The position numbers were made by a program, and so were the translations under genes. The notes below the pieces were generated by a model that searched no databases, was not told the DNA's origin, and was given only the letters and a program-made list of their open reading frames with translations. A stretch of 64,000 nucleotides of DNA from Leidyana gryllorum EB-2025a (lineage: Eukaryota; Protista; Apicomplexa), in assembly GCA_048772705.1 (NCBI GenBank), contig JBLWGC010000230.1, positions 496,001 through 560,000 of the forward strand. The letters run 5' to 3'. Each line of letters begins with the position of its first letter. Position 1 is the stretch's first letter. This document shows positions 13,197 to 23,554 of this stretch, piece after piece.

Positions 13197-14497
13197 ATGA
13201 GTGAGAATTCGAATGTTAGATAGTTAGTGTCGAATGGACAAGGTGCATGCTTTGCACCCCCCCTGACCTACTACTCGAAAATGGGTGGTGCGGATGCCCT
13301 TGAATGGGATTTGGCTCTGAAGCACTACAAGGAGGCGCAACATGTAGCTGCTCAGAGTAAAGAAGATATCTGTCAGCATCGCGCTCGTCTCGGGGACGCC
13401 CAATCCCAGATAGACTCCGTGTTCAATAAACTGTATGAGGACTACTTTGATCGGTGAGCCACTAGAGGCCTCATAGATAGATATCCGTTGCATTAAACAG
13501 CCTCGAGAAAGGCAGAGAGTTGGAAAAGGAGAGAGATGCGGCTCGGTATCAGCCTCGCTTCCGACTGCGGGTCACCAAAGCGGATTCGTTGAAACTGGCA
13601 GACTCTCAACGAGAGCGTCATGCGATGAAAGAGGAGGAGCACACGACTCTAAGCGCGTTACTGGCCACTATGCGTGAGTTATCCGCAGAGAGAGAGTCCC
13701 TCCAGGATACGTGTCCGGTTCGTCTCTATCCTCCGCTGGAGGAGCTGACGCCCGATCAGGCATCCAGCTTGAGCATTCTGACCTCCTTGGGGGATCCCCG
13801 CCGTAATCTGACCGCCATCAACTCTTTGTTGTACATGGATAAGCCCAAAATCGTCCAAGACTTTGTCCGAACGACGCATCTGGTTCGCGAGCAGCAGAAC
13901 AGTGAGTGGTGATTGTAGACGAACGCTGCGAGCGAGATTTTGCCTTGTCTTTTACAGAGATTCTTCACGAGTTTGAGAGTCTGATGGAGTACGAGACGCA
14001 GGTTGAGGATTTGATGGTTCTGGATGTGGTGGAGAAACTGCAGGATAAGATTGCAGATTTGGGATCGGGTTCGAGTGAAGAGAGTGTGCTCGAGCGAGCG
14101 ATCAAGGAGCTGAAGGAAGAAGGATTGGAGGACGAGATTCGACGTCAGAGACGAGACTTCCTGGTTGAAATGAATTGTTTGGGTTTGGCGATGATGCACG
14201 AGATTCTCCGTTTGGATATCGAGTGGAGAAACCTGTTGGCCAAACATCGGTTATCGCGGGTGAGTCTGGTGGATGGGTGTGTATTACGGTATATTTGGGT
14301 TTGGGCAGTTCCATGTACGGGGTTATGACCCGAATGCGCACGAGAACATGAAAGACACCCAGTGGTTCAAGGAGCTGGGCAGTTCAACATCACTGCGGAA
14401 TTCAATGCGGATACGTCAGTCAGCTGAACGAATAATGCAGCGCGCCGTGGATGTGATAGAAGGCCGAGAAAAGCCCCCAACGTCGAGTCAGATGTGA
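13197..14497 (+). CDS. hypothetical coiled-coil-rich protein, multi-exon
   Basis: Consecutive + ORFs (13227, 13520, 13906, 14273) joined by GT-AG gaps, with charged helical composition. Start uncertain (13197 or 13281). Confidence 0.5.
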
Positions 14498-14517
14498 TAA
14501 TTTTTTTGTCGTGGGTG

Positions 14518-14909
14518 ATGACGTCCCGTCATAAGAAGAGAAGCCATGCGGCGAATAGGGAGCACAGGCGCGTGAGGAAGAATCTGAAGAAGCGGATCTT
14601 TGACGTTGACCAGGGTGGGTATTGGTTGCGTGTTGATTGATTTTATTGTTTGCAGTTGCGGAGCAACTGGCTACTGGATTCAAGCCGGAGCTTGACGAGG
14701 AGCTGCCAGGCGGTGGTAACTTCTACTGCACGTACTGCTGTCGTCATTTTGCCAACTCTAAGATACAAGCAGAGCATAACAAATCAAAACCTCATAAAAG
14801 GGCTGTGAAGATGGCCGAAGCGGAAGCCGCTGACCCCTATGGCCAGAAGGAGGCGGAGTGGGCTGCGGGGATGATGCCAGAGCAGCAGCTAAACACAACA
14901 ATGGCTTAG
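14518..14909 (+). CDS. BUD20: Bud20/ZNF593 C2H2 zinc-finger 60S export factor, 1 intron
   Basis: Basic N-terminus ending RIFDVDQ, then LDEELPGGGNFYCTYCCRHF...HNKSKPHKRAVK...PYGQKEAEWAAG. Confidence 0.9.
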
Positions 14910-16379
14910 TGGTGGTCAAAAGCTCTTCGTACGATGCCTTCGATGAGCGGGTGTAGCTCGAACTCTTGTGTGCCTTCAGCTATGGAGAGCGCGCGCACCA
15001 TATCTTCGGAGGGGTTGGTGACAGCCTGTGGAGTGCTCCTGAGTGGTAGTTGGGAGAGGAAGAATGTGGTGCGCCATATAAAGGCTGTATATCTGATGAG
15101 AGTGAAAGCGCTCCAGAGGAAGGCCAGTAAGGCCATGGCGGCCAGAGGCATATATGGGCGTTGTACTTTGAGGAGATGGGCGTATGGTCGGATAGCGCGA
15201 GCGACAGCGTCGCGGAGAGCTCGGCAGAGGAAGTAGATTAGCCAGTAGAGGAAGATAAAAAGAATGGGAGTTCCCCACCAGAAACCATTGAGAGCGTCGG
15301 ATCGTCGGTCTTGTCCATCTGGTGGCGCTCTCCTGCGTTTTATATCGGCTGTGACAACACATTATAACAAAGAATAATAAGCATTACTCACCTATTCGTT
15401 CTTCTTCGGTCATTACAGGGGGAGGTGGGGGAGAAGGTGAAGCCGGGGCTTCTTCGGTGACATCCCGAAAGGTGTCTGTACGCTGATTTGGCGGTTCCTG
15501 CGTCGGCGTGGAGGGAGAGAGATTGGTTTCTTCTTCCTCCGCGACCGCGGCGGCGGGTGTTGGTGTGGGAAGAAGTGGTGGGGATTGAGACTGCTCCAGA
15601 GGTACGGCAGCCGTCGGTTGAGGCTGGGATGAAGAGGCGGGACTTTCCAAAGGATGACAGAACTCCGCAACAATATGAGCATTGCTCTTCTCGCAAGTGG
15701 GACAAATGTACGTGCCGGACTGCTCGGCCAGCGATCGCCGTTTCTGCAGAAGAAAAATGTGTGTGTGTGTGTGTTGGGGGGTGGGTGTGTGGCTGTGTCG
15801 TGGTGTGTGTGTATGTATGTTGAGAGTTGATGGGGAGGAGGGGGGGCACTGATTAGAGATGAGGTTCAGCTTACCGAGTCAGGCCAGTCGAGAGAGTTGA
15901 CCGCGCCCTCGGCTGGACTGGGCAAGAATGCTACGAGTGCTTCCAGCATTGACCGAATGCTCCAGGCTGGTTGCCAGCACTCGGGGTGGTAGTCAGAGGC
16001 TGACAGACAGACCCTTTTATTGATCTCGAACCTGTTGGTGGATGAGTGAGCGCGGAGAGTTAGTTGGGCGTTACCTTCCGTTGGGGGTCAAAAAGTACAG
16101 GGCGGGCGGCTGCATCGGGTAGTTGACTGGTAGTACGAGTCTGCCGTGGTATATGCCATTCTCGAATGGAGTATTTGAGGGTCCTCGAACGGTGAAATGC
16201 CACTCATAGGGCTCAGAGAGATCTATGGGCCACGCAGTCCATAGGGGATTGCGATTAGATTCGATTTCCCGCCATTCTCGCATGATTCTACGTATGGACT
16301 GAGCGTTCATCTTGCTCGGGCTCTGGACTGAGCTGACCGCACTGATTGGTCGGCTACCATTATTGGGTGCGTCGTCCAT
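14906..16379 (-). CDS. UBC6: ER-anchored ubiquitin-conjugating enzyme (Ubc6/UBE2J class)
   Basis: EWHFTVRGPSNTPFENGIYHGRL...TPNGR|FEINKRVCLSASDYHPECWQPAWSIRSML, a Pro-rich linker and C-terminal hydrophobic helices. The true start may be the later Met (MNAQSIRR). Confidence 0.9.
15759..15815. repeat. imperfect (GT/CA)n microsatellite in a UBC6 intron
   Basis: Direct sequence: gtgtgtgtgtgtgt...gtgggtgtgtggctgtgtcgtggtgtgtgtgt. Confidence 0.8.
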
Positions 16380-16924
16380 CTTCAGTGGGGAGGGGGTGCA
16401 GCTGGTCGATGTTCAGTGAGAACAGAATCGAAGTTAAGAAGGAACGACGTGCGGTCGTCACTTCGGCCGCCGACTTGGCCGATCACAGCGGTGCAGGATG
16501 TGCAGTGCAGAACTGGGTACGCTCGCAGATGCTGTTGAGCGTTCCCCTCAAAGTCCTGTCGCGTCCTCTTCTCGGCCGAGATGTGTTCAATGGTGACAGC
16601 TCCGTCGAGTACCTTTGAAGGTGCCCACCAATGTCCTCGACGTTGTCCGCCAACCGCAAGTGGGGAAAAGCAGCTGCCACAGGTGACAAAAACTGTATCT
16701 TTGGAGCCGAGTGCTTCAGTCAGCCACTTCTCGTCCTCCTCGTCCTCTTCTTCGTTGTAAAGCTTTTCGGTTGGCTGTCGGGTTCAGCGTGATGATTGAG
16801 ACGATCAGTAATCGGAGGTTACCTGTTGGACGTGTTCGTCTGCGGCGGTCCTAACGTGTATAGTGTGAGGTCTCAGAGTGATATTACTGGGTTCGGGCAC
16901 CCAATCGTCTTCTTCTTCGAGCAT
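16360..16924 (-). CDS. E2F-associated phosphoprotein (EAPP)-like, 1 intron
   Basis: Hand translation gives LYNEEEDEEDEKWL...VTCGSCFSPL...YPVLHCTSCTAVIG. An acidic LY..E.D..D..W motif plus two CxxC pairs matches EAPP C-terminal domains. Not present in the ORF track. Confidence 0.6.
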
Positions 16925-16940
16925 TTAGCCCTTTTTTTTG
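16925..16940. promoter_or_regulatory. 16-nt head-to-head spacer with T8 tract (EAPP-like / MED8-like)
   Basis: CAT-ttagcccttttttttg-ATG. Promoter function is inferred. Confidence 0.45.
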
Positions 16941-17699
16941 ATGGAGCTGTTCAACACCCAGACCAAGGAGCAGGGCTCCTTCCTGCCTGGCAGTGTGGCT
17001 GACAAAAATGAGCTGCGGGAATTGAGTCAACTCGATAAACGCCTCGAAGGTCTACAAAACAGCTGTGCAAGATTGAGTACCACATTTCGAGAGGCCGCTT
17101 CATGGACAGCTCTGCTGGGCGACTTCTCAGCGTTCACAGCGTCATGTGATCTGGCTACAACAGCAGTTCCACCCAAGTTTTTCACACGTTCAGTGGCTCC
17201 GAGCCACCTGAACCTGGAACCCGATATATATGGGAAAGTGGCCAACATGCTCGCCACCAAACCTGACGACGAACGACTCTTCGAACTCAAAGACTTCAAA
17301 GACCGCTTAAACAAAGCCACCGCTGAACAGTCATCAGACTGGCGGAAAATACCTTTCGCAGAGGAGAACGTTCGACGCAAACTTAAGGTAACTTCTTGAT
17401 GCATCACACTGTCACACACACTCATTCGCTCGCACAGGAACAAAATAAAGTGCTCGAGGATATGGTCAAATACTTGGAGGAATATACTCCCACCACTGTT
17501 TGGAAACGGAGTCAAACAACTTATGATCAGTCTGAGGGAAAGTTCCTCACACGAAAGGGCGATTTCACACGCGAACACGGTAAGCAATATGATTTTTTGA
17601 TGTTAAGCTGTTGAATCATTCTCTTCTCTATATAAACCAGGACGAGTGGCAGATATCGTCGCCCAACTCCACAGCGGAACAGGCAGAGAACATTTCTAA
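16941..17699 (+). CDS. Mediator subunit 8-like, 2 introns
   Basis: SWTALLGDFSAF and VANMLATKPDDE resemble the Med8 motifs W..vL..F and P..LRTKP. The C-terminal IVAQLHSGTG resembles the Med8 tail. Confidence 0.5.
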
Positions 17700-18580
17700 T
17701 GACGACGCTTGCTCGGCGGCTTCACAGGGCACGGGAAACCACCAGAAATCGGAGCACCCACAGATGTCAGGTTGCAAGGATACACGAAACTGTAACACTT
17801 GTTGGCACCCTCGAACGGCACGCGATTGATCTTCTGCGCCTCAGCCTTGACTTTGTTGACAAACTCGGTCTGCTGAGAGTAGATAGTGCGACCGGCGAAG
17901 TTCTGCTCCGCAACTCTGTTCATCTTCGCCAGGTACTCTTGTTGACTCTCGTAGAAACGATCCTGGATCTCCTGGTTCTCTTCCCATTGACGCCGCAACT
18001 CCTCCTCCTTCTTGTGATCGGCTTCCACCTCCTTGTGGTATGCTTCAATCTGATCGATATAAGTGGACTGGAAAGCTTTCAAAGCGGTCTGTGAGATCAA
18101 AGAACAAATGACCAACTTCTCTCAACTCCCCCCGAAACTCACATCAAATTGCTGCTCTTGCTGGAATTGCATCTTGTTGAGATGTGCGTGCCATCTCTCC
18201 AAGTCGCCTTGCTGCTCCTCCTGAAGCCTCCGAACCCAAGCCACCAATAAGATTTTCCAGTCATCACAGTTCAGCTGACGACGGACGTCAAAGTGGACAC
18301 CGGCGGCGTGAAGTAATGGAACAATCTCAGACAAACGTAGTTTGCCATTGTTGTCACACACGCGGGTCAAACCCTCAGCTAAACCGACTTGGTAGATAAA
18401 GTGACGGAGGAGAGGTTCCACTTCGTCGTAATGCAATCCCTCGGATTCACCGTCGCTGGTAGCTGTGCACGCCATGTAGGCATCCTCTATCTGCTCCTCA
18501 ATACCCGGATAAAGGGCGTGAAGATCGTTCAAGAAATCATCAAGACAAAGGTCACTTGGAAGTCCTTGGGTGTTTCCCAT
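17696..18580 (-). CDS. ILP1: IMC-localising protein ILP1 / Plasmodium G2-like pellicle protein, 1 intron
   Basis: Gly2 myristoylation start MGNTQG. YPGIEEQI...AC, LHYDEVEPLLRHFI, DNNGKL, a Gln/Glu coiled coil and the C-terminal FVYPC resemble G2/ILP1. Confidence 0.72.
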
Positions 18581-18637
18581 CTTGGATTATATAACGTGAA
18601 GACCCCACAATCACCAGTACCGCACGCATGCAGCAAC

Positions 18638-19330
18638 TCAACAGTTCATGAGGTCGAAATCATCAGCCTCATCGCGGAACTCTTTAACGGCCCGCTTGAA
18701 CTTGCTGCCATCCGCCCAGCTAATAACATCTTCCATCTGACGGGTCACAAACATTGCTGGATCGGTCGCAACCTCAGTGCCGACGCGAATGTCTGATCAA
18801 CCACATGATGAATGACAGCAATGACTGCTGAGCTGTATCTTACGTCCGTGTTCGACCAATGACATGGCATGCTGGGAGTGCTGCGCAAACTTCAGCCGCT
18901 TTAGAACTTCGGTTAACCGTCTTCGACACATTGACGAGACGCTCAACCGTTCGACTATCTCCAATCCCTCCTTGTTGGTGTGGATAACGCCCATTCTATA
19001 CCTACAGCACACGTGTGTCCGTTTGTCTCAAAATGGCGCTTACAATCGATCGAGCAGTTCTTTAGTGATCTGAATCCGGATTTGACTCTCTGCAGGGAGT
19101 GTCCGTAGTGAAGCCACAAGGGACGTTATCTTTCCCGCCAGACGATTATACCTTGAATGCAAAAATGAACATGCGCCCATTGGCCTCAAAACTTACTTGC
19201 GATATTCGTCGTGGTCCTTCAACTGGTAACGGCCCATGATAGTATTCTCTCGCGCGGTTGCTTCATTCTTGTAGTTGAATAAATCAACCTTCTTGAGGAG
19301 TTTCTGCTGCACGTAATTGAGCTTCTTCAT
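18638..19330 (-). CDS. IMP3: U3 snoRNP protein Imp3 (S4 domain), multi-exon
   Basis: MKKLNYVQQKLLKKVDLF, LSVSSMCRRRL, LVEHG|HIRVGTEVATDPAMFVTRQMEDVISW, terminal DDFDLMNC*. Confidence 0.92.
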
Positions 19331-19358
19331 GGTCGCAAAAAAATATCAGTGAGAGAAC
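19331..19358. promoter_or_regulatory. 28-nt head-to-head spacer with A7 tract (IMP3 / BI-1)
   Basis: CAT-ggtcgcaaaaaaatatcagtgagagaac-ATG. Promoter function is inferred. Confidence 0.5.
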
Positions 19359-20368
19359 ATGGCATCAAGTTCAAACAACATTGATTTGGGGGCTCTGCTC
19401 CAATTGGTGCTAAAAGGCAGGAGTGGAATAGTTCAAATCTTCTCGGCGGAGACTCTGTCGCAGCCCGAACGGGACTATCTATGTTCTGTGTATACCCTTC
19501 TGTGCGGCGGTGAGTGGTGTTTTAAGCTAAAAGTTTCAATGCGGCATCCGCTGGTCAGGGATCATTTGTACTGCCCTTGGATCTGGAGTGGGCATCACTG
19601 CTCTGCAATCGGGATGGCTGAGCACGACTGGGCTGGGACTAATTGGATTTGTGGGAATGATAGCAGCCAGCATGTACACGGCTAGTCAACGACGGGAACG
19701 AGCGACGTCGATTGAAGCAACCTTCAAGGACGGCTCCGGTGGTCAGATTCTGGGCATCGGCGCCTCCTCCTTTTCACTGGGAATTGCGTTGTCTTCCATC
19801 TTATTGGCTGCCGCAATCCTCAATGTCAGTAAGTGTTCCTGAAGCGCGTCCCCGGAGTAAACGCCTGCAGGTATCATTGTCACTTCCTTCATGGCATCCA
19901 TCGTCGTCTTCGGATCCATGAGTTTTGCCGCCATCTATGCCCCTCGAAGGTAAGACGGCCCAACAGGTCGGTCACCAATCGCGTTTCCCCTTCTGCAGAC
20001 ATTTCATGGCGTTGGGTGCCATAGCCGGTTCCATCATGGGATATGTGTTGCTCGGGAGCTTCATCCAGATGTTCTTCCCCACTCAAGTAATGTACACAAT
20101 GCTTAGCATCGGGTCGTTGCTGGGTGGCTTGTTATACACCCTGCACGACACTCAGTACGCCCTCGAGAGCTTCCGAGCCGGTCAGGCTGATTTGGTGGTA
20201 AGACGCTCACGCTGGATACCGTCCATAATGCTCTGGTAGCGCGACGCTCTTCGATTCTACTCGAACTTTGTTCGCATTTTCGTGGAGATCTTATCTATTC
20301 TGTTGCAAAAGGAAGCCGAGAAGCAGCGCCAGAAGGAGAGGCGCAACTCGGATAAGAGGAGCCGCTAG
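19359..20368 (+). CDS. Bax inhibitor-1 (TMBIM6)-like membrane protein, multi-exon
   Basis: Multiple TM helices, YTLHDTQ motif, and last exon RDALRFYSNFVRIFVEILSILLQKEAEKQRQKERR with a basic tail. Confidence 0.8.
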
Positions 20369-21362
20369 ACAGGTCAAATTGCCCCGCCTCAGGGCGGAAA
20401 GGCGAAGTGGGAGAGTTGCAGGCTTCCTCTAGCTTGGCCTGGAGGTCTGTCTCTGCTTGCGTCGGCAAGCCCAACTCTTTGCGTCGATGATCCGCCATAG
20501 CGCGTTCCACCCCCATCTAGAAAGAGAGCAAAAGGATATTCAGAACCATTGGTGCACGCCAAAGGGCAGCGCAACCAAGACACACGTGTGCGTGCCCACT
20601 CACCTGTTCCTCCTTTGGGAGATCGAGCAGATTCATTTCTGCTTTTATGTTTGCTTTAGGGAAGCGATCGGCATCTTCTACAAACACTGCCTCCCACCAC
20701 TTGCGCGTCTCCTCTTTTCTTAGGACGAGGAGCAGCGAATACACCTTCTCCCCCAGGACGCCCCTAGTTTGCTCAATCTGCCAGTGGCACTCGTCCGGAA
20801 CAATTGGATGTAACGGGGTCATCGGCATGTCGATGAGGAATTGGCGAACGACTAGCAGGACAGAGTCGCGCTTGAACTGACACAGGACTTCTTTCTTGAG
20901 ACAACCCAGGGGTAGGGGCACTTCAATTTCGATTTCATCGTGATCCTGACGCCAGTAGTACATGTCCGTGGCACCTCCATTGACCATAGAAATGCATGGC
21001 GGTCTGAGACTGGTGAGTTTGACAGCTTCACTCACGGCCGATATCGGACTCAAGGGCAAAGTTAATTTAGGGTCCAGTTGTTGAGTTGTTCTCGGAGTTG
21101 TCGAAGCCACCGGAGTCTTTACACTAACAGATCGTTGCAGACCTTTGTCTGGCGCATGCTGAATGGCCCACTGCGAGTGGAAAGAACGTAATAAGATCTC
21201 TTCAGCACGTCCTGCGGGGAAGCCGACCGGTTCATTCCCACTCTTCTGCAATATGTAAAAGTCAGATTTTCTACGGAGGAAGGAGAAGACAGTGTCGAGA
21301 AAACCTTCAATAGATCCATTCGAGTGGTTTACCACACGCAACAGCAAGTCGTCAGTGTCCAT
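20295..21362 (-). CDS. NudC-family co-chaperone (NudCD3-like; NudC-N + CS domain), 1 intron
   Basis: IEGFLDTVFSFLRRKSDFY, NGGATDMYYWRQDHDEIEIEVP, KWWEAVF and MADHRRKELGLPT motifs. Confidence 0.88.
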
Positions 21363-21391
21363 TGTGGCGAGAAAAAAATTTGTGTCACAGG
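21363..21391. promoter_or_regulatory. 29-nt head-to-head spacer with AAAAAAATTT (NudC / RRP43-like)
   Basis: CAT-tgtggcgagaaaaaaatttgtgtcacagg-ATG. Promoter function is inferred. Confidence 0.5.
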
Positions 21392-22354
21392 ATGGCCACC
21401 GCGGAGGCCGAGTTGATTGAGAGGTTTGAGCCTTTCCCCAATCCAACGAGTCGAGAAGATAAGAGATTGAGGACTGAACGTCGTAAATGGGAGTTGGCAA
21501 CGAGTATATTTGAGAAACGGAGTGCGGTCGAAGGATCAGCGTCAGTTCGGGCAGGACAAGGCTACTACTTTGGCAGTGCTGTGGCCTCCATTGCTCTCCT
21601 TGATGTCGTGGCGCAGAACGACTCCTTCATCAAGGTGAATGTGCAGATCCCTGCTATATCGGGTTCGGGGTTGACGAGATCTGAGAACACCACAATGTCA
21701 TTTGGGGAGAACCAGTTGGTTTCTATGGTCAGCTGGACGGACACGGCAGCTCTGCAAGCGGAACGCGTTTTGAGGTCCGCGATCAATGCCGAAGCTCTCG
21801 TCATAAACAGAGTTGACGACGAACACAAGGCACTGGCACGCGGTTACGTTTGGGAAATAGTTGTCAATGTCACTTGTCTAAGCTATGCTGGGAATTTATT
21901 GGATTCCATCATCCTCACAGCCTTCCTCGCCATTGCAGACCTCAGACTCCCTCATCTTTTGTGGGACAAACCGAGGAAATGGTGGAAAGTGACCGATACG
22001 CTCCCGTGCTCCGAATCCGAGATATTCGTCCAGTCGCCTTCTGGAGGTGTTGCCACCCTGCTCAACTATATTCCCGTTCCCGTAACATATTGCTTGACTG
22101 AGAACGATGGCCCTCTAGTCGATCCCGCAATAGCAGAAGAGTATCACAGTTCGCTGGGAGCCCTCATATTCTACGTCCCTGTTCAAGGCAAGAAAGCGCG
22201 CAAAACCTTCAAAGTTACTCAAGCCGAGTTTCTGATCCTCCCTTCGTTTGGTAGAGCAGATAATGTGGGCTATGACCTCAGTGCTGTGTCCAATCTATGT
22301 TTGTCTGCTGCCACCGAAACCTATTCCGCTGTACACAATATCTTATTCAGCTGA
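21392..22354 (+). CDS. exosome RNase PH-like subunit (Rrp43/Rrp45/Rrp42 class), intronless
   Basis: REDKRLRTERR, GSASVRAG, VWEIVVNVTCLSYAGNLLDS and LVDPAIAEE are RNase PH-domain motifs. Confidence 0.8.
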   Translation: MATAEAELIERFEPFPNPTSREDKRLRTERRKWELATSIFEKRSAVEGSASVRAGQGYYFGSAVASIALLDVVAQNDSFIKVNVQIPAISGSGLTRSENTTMSFGENQLVSMVSWTDTAALQAERVLRSAINAEALVINRVDDEHKALARGYVWEIVVNVTCLSYAGNLLDSIILTAFLAIADLRLPHLLWDKPRKWWKVTDTLPCSESEIFVQSPSGGVATLLNYIPVPVTYCLTENDGPLVDPAIAEEYHSSLGALIFYVPVQGKKARKTFKVTQAEFLILPSFGRADNVGYDLSAVSNLCLSAATETYSAVHNILFS

Positions 22355-22752
22355 ACTAACTTCTCGCTCCCCACAGTATGGTTCTTGTAAACTAAGTGTG
22401 CGGACTGACTTACTCTTATTCGGCGCGGCGCGTGCTAAGCCGCCACAAATTGTGAACTTGCATCCGAGTAAGTGGCTGGACTCCTTTGCCACGTAAAAAT
22501 GACTTGCTGACTATGGATGGAGGCTGTTCTGCACCACATTCTAATCCAGGCATCGAGTCGCGCTCACCACACACACACGTGTGCAGGTCCTTTGGATGTG
22601 GAGGGTGTCTGACGTACAGCAAGGGCTCAGGATGGCGGACTGTTATCAATAGGAGCGGCATTAAGGGCTGTCCAAAAGACGTCTTTTAGGTGGTTTGTCG
22701 ATTTTGCAGTCAACAAGAACATTGATGGCACGGGGACAACTGATGTCTGTGT

Positions 22753-23439
22753 TTAGTTGATGTTCTTGATGATTTGGTCCAGAGCAGGCTGGTCTTCCTT
22801 GCGGACACCATCAACAGCGAGGACTGCGCAGGTCTTCTGGTGGACGAGGGCACCAAGGCGAGCCTTGCCCTTGACGATGACACAGGGGACCTCCATCTTC
22901 TTGCAGAGAGTGGGGAGCCAGACAACCAACTCGATGGGATCGACGTCGTGGGCGATCACAACGAGCTTGGCCTTCTTCTGTTCCACAAGCTCAGTGACGT
23001 GGTTGAGACCAGTCTTGAGGCCAACAGGCTTCTTGGACTTGGTGTCCTTATCAGCGGCGCGAGCCTCGGCCTCCTGAACGAGACGGGCCTTCTTCTGCTC
23101 GTCAGTCTCGGGGCGGAGCTTAGCCAAGAGACGGAAGAGTTGGGTAGCCTGAGTGGGTGAGAAGGAGATGTCCCAGTACGTGTTTGGCGTTTGTTTACTT
23201 ACCTCGTTCTTGTTGAGGGTGTTCTGGAAGGGCTTGAGGGCGTTGGGGACCTTAAGCTTGGACAACAGAACGGCCCGCTTTCTCTGAAGCTGGACGACAG
23301 TGGGCCATCTCACGAAGTGAGACAGATCCCTCTTGGGGGGAGGGCAACCACCCAAACGGAAGTTCTTGGGGGCCTTGGTGATGAAAGGGTGCTTTTGCAC
23401 CGTCTTGGCCTTGCTCTTGCCTTTGGACACAGCCACCAT
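22753..23439 (-). CDS. RPL7A: 60S ribosomal protein L7a (eL8), 54-nt intron at 23149-23202, apparently C-terminally short
   Basis: PKRDLSHFVRWP, KAKLVVIAHDVDPIELVVWLPTLCKKMEVP and KGKARLG motifs; strong codon bias. Confidence 0.96.
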   Translation of the reverse strand: MVAVSKGKSKAKTVQKHPFITKAPKNFRLGGCPPPKRDLSHFVRWPTVVQLQRKRAVLLSKLKVPNALKPFQNTLNKNEVSKQTPNTYWDISFSPTQATQLFRLLAKLRPETDEQKKARLVQEAEARAADKDTKSKKPVGLKTGLNHVTELVEQKKAKLVVIAHDVDPIELVVWLPTLCKKMEVPCVIVKGKARLGALVHQKTCAVLAVDGVRKEDQPALDQIIKNIN

Positions 23440-23554
23440 CCTCCTGTTGCCACCTTACAAAAATTTAAAAAAGGCGTTTTTGTGCGAAGCTGTTTTGTTC
23501 CACAGAAATCTGGTCATCAATTTTTTTTCCAGAGACTAAAGAGAGAGAGTCACA

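Noticed and set aside
23149-23202. 18-aa insertion in RPL7A shown in the ORF track
   Set aside because: It is a stop-free 54-nt GTAAGT...CAG intron; removing it restores the conserved sequence.
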